Assembly (NCBI GenBank): GCA_965223155.1
Contig: CBDCVR010000014.1
Location: 1,267,881 to 1,331,880, forward strand
Length of the DNA: 64,000 bases
Source: Candidatus Multivoradales bacterium
GTDB taxonomy: Bacteria; Acidobacteriota; Thermoanaerobaculia; Multivoradales; JAHEKO01
Reading direction: 5' to 3'
The notes under the pieces were generated by a model. The model saw only the letters and a program-made list of their open reading frames with translations. It searched no databases and was not told where the DNA came from. A program made the position numbers and the translations under genes. Every line of letters begins with the position of its first letter. Position 1 is the first letter of the stretch. Below, in pieces: positions 32,205 through 40,523 of this stretch.

Positions 32205-33254
32205 TTGAACGCCCTCCAGGCATGGCTCCAGGACCGTCTGCCGATCCAGGCGGACGATCTGCGCGAACTCACCAACGAGCCGGTTCCGAATCACCTGAAG
32301 CGCTGGTGGTTCGCGCTAGGAGGAACGCCCGCCTATCTCTTCGTCGTCCAGATCGTGACCGGCATCTTGCTGGCGATCTACTACCAGCCGGCGCCGGCAA
32401 CCGCCTACGAGTCGGTCCGCTACATCACCGAAGAAGCGGCTTTCGGCTGGTACTTGCGGGGCCTCCACAAGTGGGCGGCCACCTTCATGATCGCCGCGGT
32501 CATCCTGCACCAGATGCGGGTCTACTTCACCGGCGCCTATCGCAAGCCGCGCGAGATCAACTGGATGGTCGGCATGTGCCTCCTGATCTCGACCCTGATG
32601 CTTGGTTTTACCGGCTATAGCCTGGTTTACGAGCAGCTCAGCTACTGGGGCGCGACCGTGGGCGCCAACATCAGCGCCAGCGTGCCGGTGTTCGGCGAGT
32701 TGATGCGCAACCTGCTCCTCGGCGGCGAGGCCTACAACAGCAGGACCCTGTCGCGCTTCTTCATCCTGCACGCGGCCGTCCTACCCACGACGCTCGTCCT
32801 GCTCCTGGTCGTCCACATCGCCATCATTCGCATGCAGGGAGTCACCGAGTACCGGTTCAAGGACGACACCGAGGACAAGCCCAAGCACTTCAGTTTCTTT
32901 CCGGATCACCTCCTGACCGAGATCCTGATCGGGTTGGTTCTCATGATCTTGCTGACTGCCCTGGCGACGATCTATCCGCCGGAGATGGGGCCCAAGGCCG
33001 ATCCGCTGGTCACCCCCGAAGTCATCAAGCCGGAGTGGTTCTTCTACGTCGCCTTTCGCTGGTTGAAGCTCTTCTCGGGCACGGCCGCCGTCCTGAGCAC
33101 CGGCTTCGTCGTTTTCATCATGTTCGTCTGGCCGTTCATCGACGCCGCCATCCGCAAACGCACGCGCTTTCAAGAAGCCAGCATCTGGATCGGCATCGTC
33201 GGAGTCCTGGCCATCGTCGGCCTTACCGTCTGGGAAGCCCTGGTCGCCCACTGA
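32205..33254 (+). CDS. Cytochrome b (b6 + subunit IV-like, fused)
   Basis: RGLHKW...LHQMRV, GFTGYSL, SYWGATV, FFILH...VHI, KPEWFF (PEWY equivalent). Confidence 0.93.
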   Translation: MNALQAWLQDRLPIQADDLRELTNEPVPNHLKRWWFALGGTPAYLFVVQIVTGILLAIYYQPAPATAYESVRYITEEAAFGWYLRGLHKWAATFMIAAVILHQMRVYFTGAYRKPREINWMVGMCLLISTLMLGFTGYSLVYEQLSYWGATVGANISASVPVFGELMRNLLLGGEAYNSRTLSRFFILHAAVLPTTLVLLLVVHIAIIRMQGVTEYRFKDDTEDKPKHFSFFPDHLLTEILIGLVLMILLTALATIYPPEMGPKADPLVTPEVIKPEWFFYVAFRWLKLFSGTAAVLSTGFVVFIMFVWPFIDAAIRKRTRFQEASIWIGIVGVLAIVGLTVWEALVAH

Positions 33255-33286
33255 GCTCCGCTGGAGCCCTCTGAGCGGGAGTACGT

Positions 33287-34939
33287 ATGACCCTTGAAAC
33301 CAAACGCATCGTCATCGCCATCCTTGCTTTCGTCTTTCTGGCTTCGCTGCTCTTGGTCCAGCGCATGGAGATCGTGCGCCGCCAAGCTGAAGCCGGTCTC
33401 AGCAAGGCCCACATCTCGGTGCCCGCAAACTCGAAGGACTGTGTTGACTGCCACGCCGAGGGCAATCCCGGCATCGTGGACCACTGGCGCGGCTCGACCC
33501 ACGCCGAGAAGGGCGTGGGCTGCGTCGAGTGCCACCAGGCCGACGAGCGCGACCCCGACAGCTACCAGCACTACGGCGCGCTCATCGCCACCGTGGTGAC
33601 GCCGCGCGACTGTTCGCGCTGCCATCTCGAGGAGTCCCGGGAGTTTGCTTCCAGTCACCATGCCAAGGGCGGCAACATCCTGGCCTCGCTGGACAACTTC
33701 CTGGCCGAGACGGTCGAGGGGTCCAGGGTTCCCTTCAATCCCCACTCTCCGACCCCGGGCAAGGCCGTAGACGAGGTCAACGGATTCGCCAGCGCCTTCT
33801 CCGGCTGCCAGCAGTGCCATGGGTCCAAGGTGGCCCTTCAGGGCACCGACGGCGAGCGCGTGACGGTGGACGAGCTGGCGCCGGACGAGAACGGATTCCC
33901 CACCAGCTCGGAAGCGGTCTCGCGCATCGTGCGCGACGAGAACGGCGTGCCCGAGTTTCACCCGGGGACCTGGCCCAACACGGGCATCGGCCGCCTCAAT
34001 CTGGACGGCTCCCTGGGCTCGTGCACGGCTTGCCATAGCCGCCACGATTTCTCGCCGCGGCGCGCCCGCCAGCCCGAGAACTGCGGCAAGTGCCACTTGG
34101 GCCCCGATCATCCTCAAAAGGAGATCTTCGAGGAATCCAAGCACGGCGCCGCCTACCGCGACCTCAAAGATCAGATGAATCTGGACGCGACCGATTGGGT
34201 CTTGGGTGCCGACTACTCGGCGGCGCCGACCTGCGCCACCTGCCACATGTCCGGCAACCTCAGAAACGGCGGCGACGTCACCCACGATCCCGGCGAGCGC
34301 ATCTCCTGGACCAACCGGCCGCCGGTCAGCCTGGTCATGGACACCGACGTCGAGCACAAGATCGTCAAGGAGACCGATCCAGCCAAGCGAGAGGCCCTCA
34401 TTCACGATTCGGCCGCCGACAAGCGCGGGCGCATGGCCCAGGTCTGCTCGCACTGCCACACCCCCGACTACGTCAACGCCTTCTACACCCAGTACGACGA
34501 TCTCGTCATCTTGTACAACGAGAAGTTCGCCAAGCCGGGGCAGGCGATCATGGGCGCGCTCAAGGACAGCGGGCTACGCACGCCGACCCAGTTCGACGAA
34601 GAGATCGAGTGGACCTGGTTCTATCTCTGGCACCACGAGGGCCGCCGGGCGCGCATGGGCGCTTCGATGATGGCGCCCGACTACACCCACTGGCACGGCA
34701 TGTACGAGGTGGCCGAGCGCTTCTACATGGAGCTCATCCCGCAGGCGCGCGAGCTCGCCGAGCACGGCGCCGCCAAAGGCAAGCGCTCCCAGGCGCGGGC
34801 GGTCGAAACCCTCATCGACGGCATCCTGGCGCGGCCCGAGCACGCCTGGTTCGAACAGGGAGCCGAGGGCGAGGCCACCAAGATCCGCGAGGAAATGCAG
34901 CGCCGCTACGGCCAGTCGGGCGGCGACGAAACGAGGTAG
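33287..34939 (+). CDS. Octaheme cytochrome c, hydroxylamine oxidoreductase (HAO) family, N-terminally anchored
   Basis: Eight CxxCH (CVDCH, CVECH, CSRCH, CQQCH, CTACH, CGKCH, CATCH, CSHCH); CHLGPDHPQ.EI..ESKHG and RARMGA.M.APDYTHWHG. Confidence 0.9.
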   Translation: MTLETKRIVIAILAFVFLASLLLVQRMEIVRRQAEAGLSKAHISVPANSKDCVDCHAEGNPGIVDHWRGSTHAEKGVGCVECHQADERDPDSYQHYGALIATVVTPRDCSRCHLEESREFASSHHAKGGNILASLDNFLAETVEGSRVPFNPHSPTPGKAVDEVNGFASAFSGCQQCHGSKVALQGTDGERVTVDELAPDENGFPTSSEAVSRIVRDENGVPEFHPGTWPNTGIGRLNLDGSLGSCTACHSRHDFSPRRARQPENCGKCHLGPDHPQKEIFEESKHGAAYRDLKDQMNLDATDWVLGADYSAAPTCATCHMSGNLRNGGDVTHDPGERISWTNRPPVSLVMDTDVEHKIVKETDPAKREALIHDSAADKRGRMAQVCSHCHTPDYVNAFYTQYDDLVILYNEKFAKPGQAIMGALKDSGLRTPTQFDEEIEWTWFYLWHHEGRRARMGASMMAPDYTHWHGMYEVAERFYMELIPQARELAEHGAAKGKRSQARAVETLIDGILARPEHAWFEQGAEGEATKIREEMQRRYGQSGGDETR

Positions 34940-34943
34940 CAGC

Positions 34944-37295
34944 ATGAAACGACGCGAGTTCTTACAAGTGCTGTCCACGGGCGCGGCGGTCGCCGCGTTC
35001 TCGTGCCGAGATCGCGAGGAGGCCGAGCGCCTGGCGGCGAATCGAGACGCCGGCGCGATCGACCCGGCCGACCTGACCTGGGGCAAGGCTCCTTGCCGCT
35101 ATTGCGGCACCGGCTGCGGCGTCGAGGTCGGCGTGCGCGACGGGCGCGCTCTGGCAGTTCGCGGCGATCAGGCCAGCCCGGTCAACCGGGGTCTCCTGTG
35201 CGTCAAGGGCTATCACCTGCCCGGCCTTCTCTACGGTGAGGACCGGCTCCTCTATCCTCAGAAACGCGGCGCCGACGGCAAGCTCGCCCGAATCTCTTGG
35301 GACGAGGCCCTGGATCTCATCGCCGAGAACTACTCCCGCGTCCTGGAGGAGAGCGGCCCCGAGGCGGTCGCCATGTACGGCTCCGGCCAGTGGACCGTCT
35401 TTGACGGCTACGCCGCCACCAAGTGGCTACGGGGAGGCTTGCGCAGCAACAACCTGGATCCCAACGCCCGGCTGTGCATGGCGAGCGCGGTGATGGGCTT
35501 CGTGACTCAGTTTCAGAGCGACGAGCCCATGGGCTGCTACGAGGATCTCGAGGCCGGCGACGACTTCGTACTCTGGGGCAACAACATGGCCGAGATGCAC
35601 CCGGTGCTCTTCAGCCGCATCCTGGAGACCAAGCGCGTGAAGCCCGGCACCCGCATCGTGGACATCGCCACGCGGCGCACGCCGACCTCGGACTACGCCG
35701 ACATGTACGTCGAAATCCAGCCGGGCGCCGATCTGGCCCTTGCCAACGGCATCCTCCATCTGCTGGTCAAGGACGGCAAGGTCAACCGGCCCTTCGTGGA
35801 AGAAAACGTCGTCTTCAAGCGCGGCATCGAGGACGTCGATGAGATCGGCTACGGCTGCTACGGCGACGACGCCGAACGCTATACCTTCAAGGACTCCGGC
35901 CGCAACGCCTCCCTGGCCGAGCTCGAGAGCTTCCTGGCCGACTACACGCCGGAGAAGGTCAGCGCAATCTCGGGCGTCCCGACCCGGCAGATCGAGATCC
36001 TGGCCGAGATCTACGGCAACCGCGACCGAGGCACGGTCAGCCTCTGGTGCATGGGCGTCAACCAGCACGCCCGCGGCACCTGGATGAACAATCTGCTCAA
36101 CGACCTTCATCTCCTGACCGGCAAGATCAGCCGGCCTGGGAACAATCCCTTCTCGCTCACCGGCCAGCCCAGCGCCTGCGGCACCGCCCGCGAAGTCGGT
36201 ACGCTTTCGAACCGCCTGCCCGCGGACATGGTGGTGATGAAGGCCGACCACCGGGCCAAGGCCGAGGAGATCTGGGGACTCGAGCCCGGAACGATCCCGG
36301 CCAAGCCCGGCTACCACACGGTCGACATGTTCCGGGCACTGGTTCGCGGCGACGTCCGGGCGATGTGGATCCAGACCACCAATCCCTGGGTCAGCCTGCC
36401 CAACTTGAACCGGTTCGAGCGCAAGCCCGGGGACGGACGCTTCCTGGTGGTCAGCGAGATCTACCCGACGCCCACCACCGACGTCGCCGACCTCGTCTTG
36501 CCCTCGGCGGCCTGGATCGAGCGCGAAGGCGTCTTCGGCAACACCGAGCGCCGCACCCAGCAGTGGAACCAGCTGGTGCCGCCTCCCGGAGAAGCCCGAG
36601 AAGACGCCTGGCAGATCATGGAGGTCGCCAAGCGCATGGGCATGGGGGGTCTGTTTCCCTACCCCGAGGAGGCCTGGCACGAGCCCATGTACGAAGAGTA
36701 CCGGCGGTTCACACTCGGCACGGGCAAGGATCTGGCCTCATACCAGGAGCTGCGCGAGACCCGCGGCAAGCTCTGGCCGGTGGTGGACGGCAAGGAGACC
36801 CGGTACCGCTACAGCGCCGAGTACGACCCTTACGTCACCAAGGACCGGGGCGTTCATTTCTACAAGGCCAAAGGCTACGGCGAGAAGGCGGCCTTCTGGA
36901 TTCGCCCCTACCACCCACCGGCCGAGGGGCCGGACGACGAGTATCCGCTCTGGCTCACCACGGGACGGGTGCTGGAGCATTGGCACACCGGCTCGATGAC
37001 CCGGCGCACTCCGGAGCTCCATCAGGCGATGCCGGCGGCCACCGTCGAGATCAACCGCGCCGACGCGCAGGAGCTGGGCATCCGCTCGGGCGACCGGGTC
37101 CGCGTCGTCAGCCGCCGGGGTTCGGTCGTGCTCGAAACGGCAATCGACGGCCGCGGCAAGCCTCCGCGTGGGACGGTCTTCCTGCCTTTCTTCGACGAGG
37201 AGCGGCTGATCAACCGCCTCACCCTCGATGCCATGGACAACATCAGCAAGGAGCCCGACTACAAGAAATGCGCGGTGCGCGTCGAACAGGCCTAG
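34944..37295 (+). CDS. napA: Periplasmic nitrate reductase catalytic subunit
   Basis: Tat KRREFL, CRYCGTGC...LCVKGY, GSGQWT, NARLCMASA, WGNNMAEMHP, MGVNQ, SLTGQPSACGTAREVG, PDYKKCAV. Confidence 0.93.
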   Translation: MKRREFLQVLSTGAAVAAFSCRDREEAERLAANRDAGAIDPADLTWGKAPCRYCGTGCGVEVGVRDGRALAVRGDQASPVNRGLLCVKGYHLPGLLYGEDRLLYPQKRGADGKLARISWDEALDLIAENYSRVLEESGPEAVAMYGSGQWTVFDGYAATKWLRGGLRSNNLDPNARLCMASAVMGFVTQFQSDEPMGCYEDLEAGDDFVLWGNNMAEMHPVLFSRILETKRVKPGTRIVDIATRRTPTSDYADMYVEIQPGADLALANGILHLLVKDGKVNRPFVEENVVFKRGIEDVDEIGYGCYGDDAERYTFKDSGRNASLAELESFLADYTPEKVSAISGVPTRQIEILAEIYGNRDRGTVSLWCMGVNQHARGTWMNNLLNDLHLLTGKISRPGNNPFSLTGQPSACGTAREVGTLSNRLPADMVVMKADHRAKAEEIWGLEPGTIPAKPGYHTVDMFRALVRGDVRAMWIQTTNPWVSLPNLNRFERKPGDGRFLVVSEIYPTPTTDVADLVLPSAAWIEREGVFGNTERRTQQWNQLVPPPGEAREDAWQIMEVAKRMGMGGLFPYPEEAWHEPMYEEYRRFTLGTGKDLASYQELRETRGKLWPVVDGKETRYRYSAEYDPYVTKDRGVHFYKAKGYGEKAAFWIRPYHPPAEGPDDEYPLWLTTGRVLEHWHTGSMTRRTPELHQAMPAATVEINRADAQELGIRSGDRVRVVSRRGSVVLETAIDGRGKPPRGTVFLPFFDEERLINRLTLDAMDNISKEPDYKKCAVRVEQA

Positions 37296-37837
37296 CGGGC
37301 CTCACGGTTCTCACTCTGTTCCTCGGGTCGGCGTGTTCCGACTCCTCGAGCCGAGTGGCGGTACCCGATCGGCAGGGAGCTGAGAAGAGCGCGGCCTCGG
37401 TGCGAGCCGAGCGCCGGGCTTTCGACGGCGCGCCGCCGGTCATCGCCCACGAGAACTTCAGCATGACCTGCATCGAGTGCCACTCGGCGGCCGGCCGGCA
37501 CGTCCAGGACGTCGGCTTCGCGCCGCCTTCGCCGCACGAAGCGACCGCGGGCCTGAGCGCCACCAGCCGCTGCGCGCAATGCCATGTGTTCCGCCTCACC
37601 GAGGCGGTTTGGCGCGCCAACGACTTCGTCCCGCTCTCCCAAGACCTGCGGGCCGGGCGCCGGGCGGCGGCCGGAGCACCGCCGGTCCTGCCCCACTCTC
37701 CCTTCATGCGCGAGAACTGCGCCGCGTGTCATACGGGCCCCGCCGCGCGCGAGGAGGTCCGAACCAGCCATCCGGAGCGGCTGCGTTGCCGCCAATGCCA
37801 CGTACAACGTTCCATAACCACGGAGTTTTCACGATGA
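37268..37837 (+). CDS. napB: NapB-like cytochrome c with duplicated diheme module (4 CxxCH), probable lipoprotein
   Basis: GAPPVIAH...CIECH...PH...RCAQCHV, then GAPPVLPH...NCAACH...HPERLRCRQCHV. Signal ends in LGSAC. Overlaps the napA 3' end. Confidence 0.75.
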   Translation: MRGARRTGLAGLTVLTLFLGSACSDSSSRVAVPDRQGAEKSAASVRAERRAFDGAPPVIAHENFSMTCIECHSAAGRHVQDVGFAPPSPHEATAGLSATSRCAQCHVFRLTEAVWRANDFVPLSQDLRAGRRAAAGAPPVLPHSPFMRENCAACHTGPAAREEVRTSHPERLRCRQCHVQRSITTEFSR

Positions 37838-39090
37838 CCCTGCGTACCCGTCCATCCACCCGCCTTGCCGTCGCCATCCTGAGCCTGACGCTCTTGGCGC
37901 CGTTCGCTCTGCCCTTCCCAGCGGCGGCGGACGACCCGAACAACGGCGAGACCGCTTCGCTCGCCGACGCGATTCGAAACGGCAAGGCCGGGCTGGCTTT
38001 GCGCTACCGCGTAGAGAGCGTGGATCAGGACGGCTCCGCCAAAGAAGCCCTGGCCTCGACCTTGCGCACCACGCTTAACTACCGCACCGCCGCCTACCGC
38101 GGTTGGAGCGCTTTCGTGGAAGCCGAGAACGTCGCCGATCTGGGCGCCGATGACCAGCACAACAACGTCGGCTCCGGCTCCCTCGGCAACGGCGTCACCG
38201 ACCGGCCGGTGATCGCCGACCCGGCGCAAACCGAGCTTCATCAGGCGTACCTGCGCTGGACTGGGGACACGACCACGGTCACGGTCGGTCGCCAAGCGCT
38301 CGCCTTGGGCGACCAGCGCTTCGTCGGCCCGGTGGGCTGGCGTCAGAACCATCAGAGCTTCGACGCTTTCGCAATCCACAACCACGGGCTCGACAAGGTG
38401 GTCTTCGATTACGTCTTCGTGGACGAGGTCCAACGCATCTTCGGTGACTCGAAACCGATGGCGAGCCATCTGGCAAGCGCCGCCTTCTCGACCGGCATCG
38501 GCAAGGTCACGGCCTACGGCTGGCTACTGGACTACGACGAGACAGTGGACCGCGCGCTGTCGCGCACGACCCTGGGCCTCGAGCTTGCCGGCAAGCGCAA
38601 TCGCGATCGGTACTCCTGGCTCTACGAGCTCGAGTACGCCACCCAGTCGGACGCGGGCGACAACCCGGCCGACGTCGACGCCGGCTACCTGCACGGCAGC
38701 CTGGGTGTCGCCACCGCAGCAAAGACCACCTTCAAGGTGGGCTGGGAGCTCCTCGAAGGCAACGGCGGCGCTGATCGTTTCCTGACTCCGCTGGCGACGC
38801 TCCACAAGTTCAACGGCTGGGCCGACAAGTTCCTGGCGACCCCCGGAGCCGGCCTCGAAGACCTCTACCTTCAGCTCTCGGGGAGCCGCAACAAGCTCGC
38901 TTGGACGATCAAGGCCCATGACTTCAACGCCGACTCCTCGAGCGCGAGCTACGGCAGCGAGCTCGATGCCCAGCTCACCTGGAAGGGACCCCAGGGCCTG
39001 GTTTTCGGCGTGAAGGGCGCCTACTACGACGCCGACGAGTTCGCGACGGATACCACCAAGCTGTGGCTTTGGAGCGCCTGGAAGCTCTAG
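37834..39090 (+). CDS. Outer-membrane beta-barrel, alginate-export family
   Basis: Signal peptide; LRYRVE.V, GRQ...LGDQRFVG.VGWRQN.QSFDA, TPLATLHKFNGWADKF; aromatic C-terminus. ATGA overlap with napB. Confidence 0.8.
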   Translation: MTLRTRPSTRLAVAILSLTLLAPFALPFPAAADDPNNGETASLADAIRNGKAGLALRYRVESVDQDGSAKEALASTLRTTLNYRTAAYRGWSAFVEAENVADLGADDQHNNVGSGSLGNGVTDRPVIADPAQTELHQAYLRWTGDTTTVTVGRQALALGDQRFVGPVGWRQNHQSFDAFAIHNHGLDKVVFDYVFVDEVQRIFGDSKPMASHLASAAFSTGIGKVTAYGWLLDYDETVDRALSRTTLGLELAGKRNRDRYSWLYELEYATQSDAGDNPADVDAGYLHGSLGVATAAKTTFKVGWELLEGNGGADRFLTPLATLHKFNGWADKFLATPGAGLEDLYLQLSGSRNKLAWTIKAHDFNADSSSASYGSELDAQLTWKGPQGLVFGVKGAYYDADEFATDTTKLWLWSAWKL

Positions 39091-39276
39091 CCGGTATTGC
39101 GAAGTCCCTTAGCGGGACCCCAGAGGTCTCCGGCGTCGGTTTCCGAGCGCGGCAGGCGCGGCGCGTGGTAGCCTCCGCGCGCCGCCACCCGGCGCGCCGC
39201 TCACCGGCCTGCCGCCCGGCGGATCTCACAACGACTGGCCAACGATTGGCTAACGACTGAAAGGACCGTTCGATCG

Positions 39277-39813
39277 ATGATTCGTGGCTACCCGCGCGAG
39301 GTCGTGCTGCGCAACGGCAAGCGCGTCCTGCTGCGCCCGTTCGCCCAGGGCGACGCCGAGGCGCTTTTCGCTTTCTTCACCAAACTGCCCACCGACGTCC
39401 GCCGCTTCGCCTGGGATCACATCGACGACCCCAGAGTGGTCGAGACCTGGGCGCAGAACATCGACTACGCCAAGGTGCTTCCACTGCTGGCCGTGGACGG
39501 CAGCGGCGTCGTCGCCGACGCCAGCTTGCACCGCCGCGAGGGCGGCCCTCTGCGCTTGTCGGCGCGGATCAAGTGGCTCATCCATCCCGAGTACCGGGGT
39601 CAGGGCCTGGGAACCGCCTTGGTCAACGATTTCATCGACATCGGCAGGCAACAGGGCCTGCGCCACCTGACCTGCATGCTGATCGAGGACCTCGAGGCTG
39701 ACGCCGTCGAGACCTTGACCAACCTGGGCTTCGAGAAGTACTCAATGCCCGGCTACGGCACCGATCCCGACGGGGACGCGCACGACATGGTGAAGCTCAT
39801 CCTGGCGCTGTAG
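39277..39813 (+). CDS. GNAT family N-acetyltransferase
   Basis: IHPEYRGQGLGTAL acetyl-CoA motif and LGF. Confidence 0.88.
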   Translation: MIRGYPREVVLRNGKRVLLRPFAQGDAEALFAFFTKLPTDVRRFAWDHIDDPRVVETWAQNIDYAKVLPLLAVDGSGVVADASLHRREGGPLRLSARIKWLIHPEYRGQGLGTALVNDFIDIGRQQGLRHLTCMLIEDLEADAVETLTNLGFEKYSMPGYGTDPDGDAHDMVKLILAL

Positions 39814-39971
39814 GGGATCCCCCATCAGTCCCGGAGGCCCTCTCCGGAGGAGCCCTCCGCGGCAACGAAGGCCGGCTTCCAACGAGAACCTGCGTGCTAC
39901 GCTAACGGACAGTTCCGGGCAGACGGCGAGCGGCTTTCGGCGCCGGCATCAATTCGAACCTAGGAGGAGTC

Positions 39972-40523
39972 ATGGGTCATCAGGGACGGAAGCTTTCGTG
40001 TCTCGTCCTCATCATCCTCCTGCTGCTCCTGATCCTCCTCTACCTCAAGAGCCAAGCGCCGGACCCAGATTCTCCAGACGGCTCCGGTACCGATCCCGGT
40101 CCGGTCGCCACCAACACCGCCCCGAGCGCGGGCAGCGACGACTTCAAGCAATCCGGACCTCGGTGCGTGCTCTCGGGCTCGGCTCCGTTTGTTTGCACGG
40201 TGACCTACCCGGCCGGCAGCCTGACAGCCAACGATTCCGATCCCGAAGGACACGCCTTCTCGAGCCATATCGCCGGCACCGACATCGCCGGCCGGGCGTG
40301 CTCGAGCGACCATCTGTGCTCGACCGACGCCCATTTTGATCCAGCCGGCAGCAGCGTCACCGTCGCACCCGACGGCGGCTTCACCCTCACCTTCGCCACC
40401 AACCTGGAGCCGGTCTTTCTCCTGATCGCCGAGTTCCAGTACGTGGTCGAGGAGACGCAGACCGCGGATCGCCTGGTCTCGAATACCGCTACCGTCGAGG
40501 TCGCGGTCGAGTCGGCCGACTGA
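39972..40523 (+). CDS. Hypothetical membrane-anchored protein with Ig/cadherin-like motif
   Basis: Strong AGGAGGAG RBS, single N-terminal TM, LTANDSDPEG, FQYVV and SNTATV.V. Confidence 0.6.
   Translation: MGHQGRKLSCLVLIILLLLLILLYLKSQAPDPDSPDGSGTDPGPVATNTAPSAGSDDFKQSGPRCVLSGSAPFVCTVTYPAGSLTANDSDPEGHAFSSHIAGTDIAGRACSSDHLCSTDAHFDPAGSSVTVAPDGGFTLTFATNLEPVFLLIAEFQYVVEETQTADRLVSNTATVEVAVESAD

Noticed and set aside
36047-37267. 596-aa ORF overlapping napA
   Set aside because: Arg/Pro-rich shadow frame; only the part from ATG 37268 encodes the cytochrome.
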